This document shows positions 1 to 8,794 of a DNA stretch of 35,161 bases, piece after piece. Source of the DNA: a virus (Duplodnaviria > Caudoviricetes); IMG/VR virus record IMGVR_UViG_3300037104_000416, positions 1 through 35,161 of that record; one strand, written 5' to 3'. The notes beneath the pieces were generated by a model. That model was not told the DNA's origin. It was given only the letters and a program-made list of their open reading frames with translations, and did not search any database. Both the position numbers and the translations under genes were made by a program. Numbering within the stretch: position 1 is the first letter of the stretch; every line of letters begins with the position of its first letter.

Positions 1-960
1 GGCCTGCGCCCCGTAGCCGCCGTTGGCGACGGTGACCGATGCCGCGGGGGCGATCAGGAGAGGGAAGCTCTTCTCGTAGAATCTCTGGCAGGCGATGAGC
101 TCGTCGCCGAAGGAGCGCGGGTAGTAGTCGCGGATTTCCGAACCCACGTACAGCCCGCATTCGGTGATCTGGATGATGTCGTTGATCGCGGGGATCGAGT
201 TCGTCCAGATGGTCGGGACGAGGTTCTTGATGTTGGTTCCCGCGGGTACGACGAAGGTCGCCGAGAACCGCTGCATGACCGCCGAGAGCACGCAGTCCAC
301 CCCGCCGCTGCCCCTGGTGTTGTTGATGACGCCCGTCGATTCGGTGAGGACGGGGTTCAGGGCCAGCATGTTGGTTCCCCAGGTGGGGTCCACGTTCACG
401 AGGCCGAACGCCGAGGCGATGGTGGCCGGCGGAGTGTCCACGGTTCCAGAGGCGTTGAGGTACAGCATCCCCAGGCGAAGGGTGGCGGGGTTGGTGAGGT
501 ACCTGGCCTTGAACTGGAAGCGCACGGTCAGCCCGGCGAGCTCCGTTGAGTCAGTTCCGTCCAGCCACTGCATGAGGACGAACTTCCCCGCTCCGGTGAT
601 CTGCTTGAAGTTCCCCATGAAGCGGGCTTTCACTCCCGCCACGGGAGCTCCGCTGTTGTCCACGTTCTGGAACTGGAGGGAGGCCACCGAGTTGACCATG
701 GCCCACCTGTCGGCGGCGTACACGCGCGCCGTGGTGGAACTGTAGGTCGTCAGCGTGTTGGGCACCTGCCGCTGAGCGATGGCGAACTCGGGGTTCATCA
801 GGAAGTTCCTGTCCCTGAAGCCCGAGGCGGAGAGCTGCTGGATCGAGCCGTCCGACTGGATCGCCTTCACCCTTCCGCTGTCGGCGGGGTCCGCGTAGAT
901 GACCGTCTTCCCGCTTACGGGAGCCTGCGGTGTTTCCTGCGAGAGTACGAGCTGGCCCAT
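1..960 (-). CDS. Tail fibre / receptor-binding protein (3' end runs off window)
   Basis: Read manually: ATG at 960, MGQLVLSQETPQAPVSGKT..., open to the window edge. Contains the N-x-x-x-N-x-x-F-x-I-x-Q-R...Y-x-A-D-R-W and EL-x-x-CQR(F/Y)YE motifs common in phage tail-fibre domains. The + strand ORF 164-745 is its shadow. Confidence 0.75.
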   Translation of the reverse strand, partial: MGQLVLSQETPQAPVSGKTVIYADPADSGRVKAIQSDGSIQQLSASGFRDRNFLMNPEFAIAQRQVPNTLTTYSSTTARVYAADRWAMVNSVASLQFQNVDNSGAPVAGVKARFMGNFKQITGAGKFVLMQWLDGTDSTELAGLTVRFQFKARYLTNPATLRLGMLYLNASGTVDTPPATIASAFGLVNVDPTWGTNMLALNPVLTESTGVINNTRGSGGVDCVLSAVMQRFSATFVVPAGTNIKNLVPTIWTNSIPAINDIIQITECGLYVGSEIRDYYPRSFGDELIACQRFYEKSFPLLIAPAASVTVANGGYGAQA

Positions 961-961
961 G

Positions 962-1144
962 TTATGTTACCTCCACGACTGCGCTCGGCCCGACATCTAT
1001 GGCCGCGCCGGTTGAGATTTCAAGACTCCGTGCAAAGATCAGGAACTGGTTCGGCCCCAGCACGATGTTGTAGTTGATGAACTGGCACGGCGCCACATAG
1101 TCCGTGACCGAACTCCCCAGAAGATTGACGCCTGTTTCTGCCAT
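962..1144 (-). CDS. Small putative virion/tail protein
   Basis: 60 aa; strong RBS AAGGAGAGGG upstream; tightly packed in the tail operon. Confidence 0.6.
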   Translation of the reverse strand: MAETGVNLLGSSVTDYVAPCQFINYNIVLGPNQFLIFARSLEISTGAAIDVGPSAVVEVT

Positions 1145-1156
1145 AACCCTCTCCTT

Positions 1157-1948
1157 CTACACGTAACGGATCGTCAGGTCAACGGCGACCTGGCCAGCGG
1201 CGACCAGCGGAACCACCTTCATCACGATGTCTGTCCCCGCCGGGTAGTCAAGGTTCAGGTTATCCATGTCGATGAACCCTGCCGAACCCGCGGTGAGTCC
1301 CGCGATGATCGTCTCATAGGCGGTGATCTGTGCGTTGTCGGTGCCGATGTTCGCCTGCACCTGGATGAGGAACTTCACGTTCTGGACGGCAGCCGAGGGG
1401 TACAGCGCCATGAGCTTTCCCGTGCGCTTCGGAACCTCCCCTCCCTGGTTGCCCGTGAGGTCAGCAGGGACCGTCCAGTAGCCCGAGTAGCCCGATCCGT
1501 TGGCGATGAGGATCTTGCAGCAGACGCTCGCCGCGGTGAGTGTGTTCGGTACCCCGCCCGCCCACGTGCTCGATCCAGTCTTGATGACGTAGATGTCGCC
1601 GGCCTGCACCCCGTCCGTTCCCACAAGAGAGACGGAGGCGGCGAACACGCGGCGGAAGGTACCGACCGTGGTGACCGCAGTCTGCCCGTTGAGCGCGATC
1701 TCCTCCACCAGCGGCCGGAGGTTGGCGTCCAGCCCGTAGACCTTGATCTTCCTGGCGCCCGTCCCCGCAGCCACGTCCTTCGTGTTGTCCGAACTGGTGA
1801 TGTCCAACTTGAACCCCGCCGTTCCGAAAAACACGGGGAGACTCTGGTTCACCGCGAAGTCGTTGAGGTTGAGGATCGAGGTCCCCGAGTTCACGCCGAA
1901 AGCGTGAATCGTGATGTCCTTCCCGAACAGGGAGCCCTGAAGATCCAT
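1157..1948 (-). CDS. Putative virion structural protein (beta-rich)
   Basis: 263 aa; RBS AAGGAG; G/T/V-rich; lies in the tail module. Confidence 0.65.
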   Translation of the reverse strand: MDLQGSLFGKDITIHAFGVNSGTSILNLNDFAVNQSLPVFFGTAGFKLDITSSDNTKDVAAGTGARKIKVYGLDANLRPLVEEIALNGQTAVTTVGTFRRVFAASVSLVGTDGVQAGDIYVIKTGSSTWAGGVPNTLTAASVCCKILIANGSGYSGYWTVPADLTGNQGGEVPKRTGKLMALYPSAAVQNVKFLIQVQANIGTDNAQITAYETIIAGLTAGSAGFIDMDNLNLDYPAGTDIVMKVVPLVAAGQVAVDLTIRYV

Positions 1949-1960
1949 TGCGCTACTCCT

Positions 1961-2314
1961 TCAATTCCAGTCCACCGAGGGATAGACGGGAATTGCGAAC
2001 GTGATCCCCGCATCCGTGGGGGGTACGACCACGGTGAAGACCTTTGAGGGATTCCCGAAGGCGTCTATCGTCACCGTGAGTTGATAGTCTCCCGCCGTGA
2101 CGGCCTGCTCGTAGTAGTAGGCGTGGCCATCAGCGCGCAGAGCGGGAAGGTAGTGATCCGCACTTCCGTTCGCGGAGACCGTGGCATTGTACTGACACCA
2201 GTTTTCCACGCGGAACATGGGGTCGAGTGCCGTGGTTGCTGCCGGGACCGCTGCCTGCTGGCATCCCGTGAGAGCGAGAAGTCCGAGAAGCAGGATGGTG
2301 GAAAGGTATTTCAT
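1961..2314 (-). CDS. Lipoprotein
   Basis: N-terminus MKYLSTILLLGLLALTGC is a signal peptide II with lipobox LTG-C; RBS ACGGAGGAT. Confidence 0.75.
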   Translation of the reverse strand: MKYLSTILLLGLLALTGCQQAAVPAATTALDPMFRVENWCQYNATVSANGSADHYLPALRADGHAYYYEQAVTAGDYQLTVTIDAFGNPSKVFTVVVPPTDAGITFAIPVYPSVDWN

Positions 2315-2338
2315 CTGAGTATCCTCCGTGCCACCATC

Positions 2339-2746
2339 TTACCCTGTCACCTGCGTCTGTGCAATAGAAATCGGAGCGTCGGGAACGTCCTGCAACTCCT
2401 GGACGGCCCACGGGTCGTCAGGAGACTCGTTGTTGTGCATCTCCACGGTGAGCTTCCACCTGTAGAGAAGGCCCTGGTAGTGGTCCTTCGCGTCGGGGAT
2501 TGGCTGCTCGGGGACCGCCTCCACCGGATCGTCCTTGCCCACGGAGGCGCGAGCCATCGTCGTCAGCTCGGCGTTCATAGCCTGGGTGTTGCTGGTGACC
2601 TCCGCGAGGTCGGCCGCGGTGTCAACGGAGAAGACGACGGTGCCTTTCTGGTCCACGACTTGGAGCGCCGTGGGTACGGAGGACACGGGGACGGGTTGCG
2701 ACACTGCCGAGGGGTCCTCTCCGAACACGGTGACGAACTTCATCAT
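2339..2746 (-). CDS. Hypothetical protein, possible tail-fibre chaperone
   Basis: 135 aa, acidic; ATGA overlap with the stop of the upstream tail-fibre gene. Confidence 0.6.
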   Translation of the reverse strand: MMKFVTVFGEDPSAVSQPVPVSSVPTALQVVDQKGTVVFSVDTAADLAEVTSNTQAMNAELTTMARASVGKDDPVEAVPEQPIPDAKDHYQGLLYRWKLTVEMHNNESPDDPWAVQELQDVPDAPISIAQTQVTG

Positions 2747-4218
2747 GCCACGTACCTACCCATCCAAAGGCTCAAGGCCGCTCCCATGCTCTTCGCCTCA
2801 GTGCTCTTGCCCGCACGCGGGGTGCCGTTGGTGCCGTCGGTGATGGGAGACCCCGTGGCAAGATTTGCGGTCCCTTGCGATGATGAATTGTAAGTGACTC
2901 CAGCTACGGCACCGCCAATCGAACTATCTGCCGCCGGTCTGTGAAGATGCCCCTGCCCCCAGCTCCTCCTCCTGAGCCCAATGATGTTCTTGTTCTGCGC
3001 GGCGTAGGGCGTCTCCTCATCCAAGTCTCCCGTGGACATGAGCGTGCGTCCCTGAGCCTTGTAGACGAGCGCGGAGGTTGCACTCCCCGAAATCCGGTAG
3101 GCGTAGAAGTTGGCGTTGAAGGCGCCCCCGGAGTTGTTGGCGACGGTGTAGGAGAAGGTGAGCGTCCGCGCTCCAGCGTTGAGGTTCGTGATCGCGTAGT
3201 CGCCGGCCGGGACGCTCGCTCCGAGGAGGGGAACGGTGACCGTCCGCCATCCCGTGTAGGTATTCCCATGGACGAGAAGCTCCTCGGCAAGCGCCGCCAG
3301 GATTGCATCGTTCGCCGTGGTCGCGTTGAACGTGATGGTGACGACGTTCGATGTGATCGACCACCCCGAGCACCCGAAGGCCGTGACCTCCGTTCCCTGC
3401 CCGCGCTGGTAGGCGATGGGGATGCTGAGAAGGTGAGGTACTCCAAGAGGCCAGTGAGCCGTGGTGATCGTCTGGTCGCCGTTCTCAAGGTAGAGGCCCG
3501 CCCACTGATTCTGAGGGTTAGCGGGGTCGTACTGTGACGGGGCAACGTAGTCGTCCGTCCACACGTACTCTCCGAGGCGATGGCGGTTCTCCATGTCGAA
3601 CTGCATCTTGTCGATGGTCGATCCCGCGGGGATGAGACCGAAAGAAATCTGGAGAGCGATGGTCTGTGCCTGAGCGAGTCCTGCCTGCCACACGGCGTTG
3701 ATGGCCGCCCCTGCCGAAGCGGTTACCGAAGGCGCCCCCGAGGCGTCGAAGGTCAGTTGCTGGAGCGCGCGCGCCGCCACCACGGGAAGGACGTAGCTGA
3801 GCCCCGGGGGATCACTCGTCGGGAAGGTGAGTGCGTACCCGGAGGTCGGGATGTTGCCGTTGCCGATCTCCTGGATCATCTGGGTGAGCTCGTCGATCAT
3901 GAACTCAAGGCGGTCGGCGACGATCCCCCCGCCGTCCACCACGCTCTCCTCGTTGACGTGAGGAGTGGAGCGGAAGATCGTGAGGTTCCCGTAGCGAACG
4001 TCCCACGTTCTCATCTGCGTGAGCGTCCCTCCGGTGGGAGAGGGGAGGGTCAAGCTGAAGTCCACCCCCTGCGTGAGCTGGAGGTTCGGCAAGCCGGTCT
4101 GAGACATGATGGCAAATATTTCGGCCTGCTGCCTGTAGCAGAAGGGAATGTTGTACGTCGAAGGCGATGCGCCTGGAGTGAAGGTGTAGAATTGGCTCGT
4201 CTGCGTCGTGGCTATCAT
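2743..4218 (-). CDS. Tail fibre protein with T7 gp17-like N-terminal anchor
   Basis: N-terminal YNIPF...LTQGVDFSL...LTIFRSTP...LEFMIDELTQMIQEI resembles podovirus fibre adaptor domains. C-terminal QGHLH...PITDGTNGTPR resembles tail collar/tip regions. Confidence 0.8.
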   Translation of the reverse strand: MIATTQTSQFYTFTPGASPSTYNIPFCYRQQAEIFAIMSQTGLPNLQLTQGVDFSLTLPSPTGGTLTQMRTWDVRYGNLTIFRSTPHVNEESVVDGGGIVADRLEFMIDELTQMIQEIGNGNIPTSGYALTFPTSDPPGLSYVLPVVAARALQQLTFDASGAPSVTASAGAAINAVWQAGLAQAQTIALQISFGLIPAGSTIDKMQFDMENRHRLGEYVWTDDYVAPSQYDPANPQNQWAGLYLENGDQTITTAHWPLGVPHLLSIPIAYQRGQGTEVTAFGCSGWSITSNVVTITFNATTANDAILAALAEELLVHGNTYTGWRTVTVPLLGASVPAGDYAITNLNAGARTLTFSYTVANNSGGAFNANFYAYRISGSATSALVYKAQGRTLMSTGDLDEETPYAAQNKNIIGLRRRSWGQGHLHRPAADSSIGGAVAGVTYNSSSQGTANLATGSPITDGTNGTPRAGKSTEAKSMGAALSLWMGRYVA

Positions 4219-4236
4219 GCGCGCATCTCGCTTTCT

Positions 4237-4265
4237 ATAGTGTGCCGGGAGACGGCGGGAGTCAA
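4237..4265 (-). promoter_or_regulatory. Putative sigma70-type promoter for tail-fibre genes
   Basis: TTGACT-N17-CACTAT in the short gap upstream of the fibre gene. Confidence 0.4.
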
Positions 4266-4270
4266 GGGCA

Positions 4271-7200
4271 TCACTTCAGAAGCCCTCTCAGCGGACGCTG
4301 TGACAGACCGAAAGTGGTGAGGCCGGTGTCGGTCAAGGAACTCAGGAGCTGCTTCCACGCCTTGTCCTTCTCCACCTGATTTGAGTGGGGGTTTATCATC
4401 TTCAGGACGGCGGCAAAAGACTGTGGCGCCATCGCAAGAGTCTGCTCCACTGGCCCCATGTTGGGCTGCTGAGGGTTGACCGCGAGATTGTATCCCTCGA
4501 CGGCCATGTCTCCGAGGCCGAGAACCATTCCCGCATCTTCCCGTCCTATGCTCTTGGCAACGTCGCCGAGCATCTCCTTTCTGTTGCGCTTCGGCTCGGG
4601 GAGAGGCTCTTTTCCCACCAGACCCCGGATGGCGTTCGTGATAGCCGTCCCTGCCTGATCCATTCCGTAAAACATGAGCCCCTCACCGATTGCGTAGAAC
4701 GCCGTGACTCTCGTCGCCTTCCAGATATTCTGGGCGGTGGGGTTCCGGTGAGCCTGCATCATCGTCCGGCGCACGACCTCGAACCCCTTAATGCCCTCGC
4801 TCTTGAACTTCGTGAGGAAGCGCATCACGGGGAACTTCTGAATGCCCGCCTCCTGGCCTCGGATGTTCGATGCGTGGGTCTGCCCAATGATCGCGTCACT
4901 GAACTTCCCTGCCGCTATCGTCTTATCTGCGGGAGAAAGCCCGGGGACATCGCCCTCCTTCAAGCCCGTGATGTTCTTGAAGTCCTCGCTCATCTGCTTG
5001 CCCTGAGAGGCCCTTCGGAACTCGATCTCGGCCTGCCTCCTTCCAAGGGTTGCGTCGAAGTTGTAGGCGAAGTCGGTCCCTGCGCGGTTGAACGCCATTC
5101 CCGCGCGCTTTCCAATCGTCCTGGCTCGGGATACAACGCGCGCGGCTCCTTCGAGGATGGGATGTTCTCCCTGCACTCCCGGGCTGCTGATCGCCAATTC
5201 CTTCCGGAGCATCTGTGTCTGGTCGAGCGTACCTCCGCGCCGGGTCTGGCTGTCGTATAGCTTTGACGTTGCCCTCGATGTCTCCCGCGATCCGTTGCGA
5301 TGGAAGACTACATCAGCGAGGGTCTTCATCGTTGATTCGAGGGTCCCGAATTGGAGCGCTGAACGGATGGCCAGGGCTGCCTGTTTCACACCGCTCTTGA
5401 TATTACCGGCAAGGTCGATGATGCCCGTCCAGTTGCCGGCGGCGTCCATCGCGTTCTCGAAGCCGCGGGGGGTGTCTTTCTGGCCCGCCATGTATTTCAG
5501 GTCGTCGCGCATCATATTGATGCGGGGCTTGCCAAACTGGCGCTCCAGCTTCGGTCCTATCACCGGGTCCCAGAGGATGTCGGCTGCGGCCTTCGCGCGC
5601 TTTGCCATCGTGGTGATGAGCGCCGACTGATTGAGGTCCTCCTGGATCGTGCTGTAGAAGTCGCGCGTGTAGACGGGGGCCGTGCTTCCGGTGCGCTCGA
5701 TTGTCCTCGACTCGTCAACGTGAAGACGAATCCACTGTTTGCTCTTCTGGAGGTCTTCGAGGTCGGTTGCGAAGTTGGCCTTCTCCCCTTTGATGACAAA
5801 CTTGGGCCAGCGGTTCTCCACCCGTGGCATCGGGTAGCCATAGCGTTCCTCAAAGTCTTTTGCCAGGGCATCTCCCGATTTCAGAAGTTGCTTGGTTGCC
5901 ACTTCGTCCATCATCTTCACGTCTTTCGGGTCCAGGTGGGAGAACATTTTCTGGAACGTTTCCTCGGGGATCTTGATGATGTCGTGGGTGTCGATGGCAT
6001 CCCAATGCTCAAGGCGCGTCCCGTTCAAGAGCGATTCCTTGTGGTTGGCGTCCTTGAACATCATGTACCACGACATGATCTCCCCGTAGGTGGCAGTCAC
6101 GTTGTCCTCAGTGATTCTCCGACCGCGCATCGCGTTGTACTTCTCGGGGTTCGTTCGGTGGTCGATTCCGAGGCTCTTCAGGTGGTCATCCATGATCGGT
6201 GATTTCAGGGCGTTCTGCGCCGGCTCCAGAGCGTAGGAGGCTTCAAGCATATCGCGCCCGACCGTCTGGTAGGCTTTATTGTCCTGGCCTCCGAACACGA
6301 TCTCGGCGTTCATGTCATACGTGTTGGCGAGTACGCCGCCCTCACTCTTCGCGTCCCGCACAGCCGCCTTGAAGGTCTTGCCGAGTGTCGGCTCTTTGTT
6401 CGCCATCTCCTCCGCCGTCAGCTTCATGCCCTTGATGCGGGGAAGGGTGTCTGTTCTCAGTGCGGATCGCTCGATGTCGCCCTGGGTAGTCCGTACCTTT
6501 TCCCGCATCCTCTGGATCCAATCCAGGTTCGAGAGAGCGTCAGCGAGGTCGGAAATGATTGCCGGAGGAAGATCCTTTATCTTCACCGTCGAAGCCTCGC
6601 GCAGTTTGTTGAGGTCGATGGTGGGGCCCCGATCCGGGGAAGCCTGTATGGCATCGACGACCTTGGAAAGTTCTCCGCGTAGAGTCTCGTCAAGGTTGGC
6701 TTTCGCCGTCTTGCCTTTGAGATTCAGCTTCTCCCCTATGGCTTTCACGGCTTCACCGAGATCAGCCTCCATGAACTTCGCGCCCTTCACAATCTCGTCG
6801 ATGCGCGATATGTCCTTCTTCATCTGGACGCGCGTGTCCATCTGAGCCCGTAGCGATTTCACAGCAGCGACCTTATCAGCCTTGGCGGCTTCGAGTGCGG
6901 CCTTCGCGTCGGTTTTCCCCTGGTCAACCGCCAGTTGGAGATTGGAGATTTTCTTGGTAAGTTCCTGCACGTCGGGCCGGCGCTCGATGTAGTCGGCGCT
7001 CCCCTCCTCTGTGCGCGTCGCCTCGTCGAGCACGCGGCCCTGTTCTTCGCTCATGGCAGGGGTGACCGGACGGGTTGCGGGTTCGGCGGTCGTTTTGTCC
7101 ATGCCGTTTCCCGTCGAAGGCCGTTCGGTCGCCTTTGCTTCCAGGGGTTCGACAATCGCGTGCGTCCCGCCCTCGGCGTCGTTGTACCAGAGGACAGCCT

Positions 7201-8791
7201 TCCCCTCGTCGTTGGGGTCCATCCGAACAGCGTCGTGCCAGTCCTTCGTGACCCCCGGCATCTTGATGTCTTCCCCGTGGGCTTCCTTGGCCTTGTCGAG
7301 CATGGCCTTCAGTTGTTCGTCGCTCACGGTCTTTCCCTCCGCAGTCTCGGCTTCGAGCTGGGCAGCGTAGGGGTCCTCGGCAGGCTTCACTTCGGGGAGT
7401 TGTGGCTCCCTATCCACGATGTCGCCTATGGTCTGTTTTGCCTGCATCTCGCGCGTTGCCGCCTCGATAGGATGCTCGGGGATCTCCGCGGCCTTCGCCT
7501 TTTCCGCAGAGGCTTTCACGGCTTCCTCGAAGCGCGCTTCCTGGGCCTGCTTGGCGAGCTCCCGGTCGGCCGCTGCGGAGACGGCGTTCTCGATGTGCGT
7601 CTGGACCATGGATCGGAGGGCTTCGTGGGCGCCAACAGCGCCTGCCACAACGAGGAACTGACCAGCCGCCCCCTGAGCGATCTCTCCAGCAAGCTCCCGG
7701 GGGGATTTCAGCTCGACATGCGTGCCCTTCAGCCTATTCGAAAGCGAGGCCGCCACTTCGGGAAGCGCGGCGTTCGCCGTCGCCATCCCAACGGCCATGA
7801 GCCCCTGCTTCCCGAACGCCCCTGCCGTCTCTGCCGTGGCCGCGTCCATGCCGAGGGTCGTTGCCAGCTTCCCGGCGGCAGCTTTCGGGATCACTGAGGC
7901 CGCAGTCTTGTCGATCGCTCCGTTGAGCATGGGTCGAATCACGCCGTCGATGAGGGCGTCGCCAACCGGCTTCGCCACTTCCTGGCCGATGGGGATAGCC
8001 ATCATTCCGACTTGGAGAGCGCCCAGCCCCGCGGCGGCCATGCGCGCGTAGGTGGGGTCCACTCCGCGGTCGATGAGACTTCCGTAGGAGCCTCCCACGA
8101 GGGAGCCGAACACCTTGCTGGACTCTCCCTCAGCCGCCTCCAGAAAGTGCGTCTTGGGGTTCATGCCCAGCGTCTTCGAAAGCAACTCTCCGCTGAGGAT
8201 GGACAGGCCCGTGTAGGCAACGGTGTCGGTGGCGTGCTCCACCTGGTATCCAAGCTGGAAGGCGATCCCCGCGGCCTGCTGGGGGAGCCACCCCAAGGTC
8301 GGCCCCAACTCGGCCTGCTGCTTCTTAACGGCAGCACGCGCGTCCTTGGTGGCCTGGCTGTCGTCTCCGAGGAACATCTTGCCAGCGAGATCAGCGTCCT
8401 GGGCCGCTAGTTGCTGGCCCTTGAACATATTGGAGACTTTCTGCCCGATGGTCGCCGGCGTCTGACCCTTGGCCGAATCTCCGAAAATATGCTCCGCGAT
8501 GGGGGCGAAATTACCGTGAACGTCCGCAGGATTCATCCGCAGCCACTTCCCGAGTTGCTCGGACGCGCTCAACTTCGCATCCGCCTGCGCGGGGTCGGGG
8601 GAGAGCGCCATGATGCGCTGGCGGGCATCCTCGGGAGGAGGGGGCGCAGAGGCTCCCGGGGCCTGTTGGGGAGGGGGGGGCGGGGAGGCCGACTCTGGGG
8701 GCGGCGGCGGGGCCATGACGGCTACCGGGGCCGTGGGCTGCGTGGCTACCTCTGGGGGAGGCGGGGGTCCGGGAGCGAAGGCATCTCCCAC
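4271..8791 (-). CDS. Large internal virion (DNA ejection) protein, gp16-like position
   Basis: 1506 aa, Ala/Lys/Glu-rich and helical with hydrophobic Gly/Ala segments; third of three genes after the nozzle, as in podoviruses. Confidence 0.75.
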   Translation of the reverse strand: MGDAFAPGPPPPPEVATQPTAPVAVMAPPPPPESASPPPPPQQAPGASAPPPPEDARQRIMALSPDPAQADAKLSASEQLGKWLRMNPADVHGNFAPIAEHIFGDSAKGQTPATIGQKVSNMFKGQQLAAQDADLAGKMFLGDDSQATKDARAAVKKQQAELGPTLGWLPQQAAGIAFQLGYQVEHATDTVAYTGLSILSGELLSKTLGMNPKTHFLEAAEGESSKVFGSLVGGSYGSLIDRGVDPTYARMAAAGLGALQVGMMAIPIGQEVAKPVGDALIDGVIRPMLNGAIDKTAASVIPKAAAGKLATTLGMDAATAETAGAFGKQGLMAVGMATANAALPEVAASLSNRLKGTHVELKSPRELAGEIAQGAAGQFLVVAGAVGAHEALRSMVQTHIENAVSAAADRELAKQAQEARFEEAVKASAEKAKAAEIPEHPIEAATREMQAKQTIGDIVDREPQLPEVKPAEDPYAAQLEAETAEGKTVSDEQLKAMLDKAKEAHGEDIKMPGVTKDWHDAVRMDPNDEGKAVLWYNDAEGGTHAIVEPLEAKATERPSTGNGMDKTTAEPATRPVTPAMSEEQGRVLDEATRTEEGSADYIERRPDVQELTKKISNLQLAVDQGKTDAKAALEAAKADKVAAVKSLRAQMDTRVQMKKDISRIDEIVKGAKFMEADLGEAVKAIGEKLNLKGKTAKANLDETLRGELSKVVDAIQASPDRGPTIDLNKLREASTVKIKDLPPAIISDLADALSNLDWIQRMREKVRTTQGDIERSALRTDTLPRIKGMKLTAEEMANKEPTLGKTFKAAVRDAKSEGGVLANTYDMNAEIVFGGQDNKAYQTVGRDMLEASYALEPAQNALKSPIMDDHLKSLGIDHRTNPEKYNAMRGRRITEDNVTATYGEIMSWYMMFKDANHKESLLNGTRLEHWDAIDTHDIIKIPEETFQKMFSHLDPKDVKMMDEVATKQLLKSGDALAKDFEERYGYPMPRVENRWPKFVIKGEKANFATDLEDLQKSKQWIRLHVDESRTIERTGSTAPVYTRDFYSTIQEDLNQSALITTMAKRAKAAADILWDPVIGPKLERQFGKPRINMMRDDLKYMAGQKDTPRGFENAMDAAGNWTGIIDLAGNIKSGVKQAALAIRSALQFGTLESTMKTLADVVFHRNGSRETSRATSKLYDSQTRRGGTLDQTQMLRKELAISSPGVQGEHPILEGAARVVSRARTIGKRAGMAFNRAGTDFAYNFDATLGRRQAEIEFRRASQGKQMSEDFKNITGLKEGDVPGLSPADKTIAAGKFSDAIIGQTHASNIRGQEAGIQKFPVMRFLTKFKSEGIKGFEVVRRTMMQAHRNPTAQNIWKATRVTAFYAIGEGLMFYGMDQAGTAITNAIRGLVGKEPLPEPKRNRKEMLGDVAKSIGREDAGMVLGLGDMAVEGYNLAVNPQQPNMGPVEQTLAMAPQSFAAVLKMINPHSNQVEKDKAWKQLLSSLTDTGLTTFGLSQRPLRGLLK

Positions 8792-8794
8792 GGG

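Noticed and set aside
1-4218. Diversity-generating retroelement as in BPP-1
   Set aside because: No reverse transcriptase or template/variable repeat pair is seen in this window; the end of the first fibre gene is outside the window.
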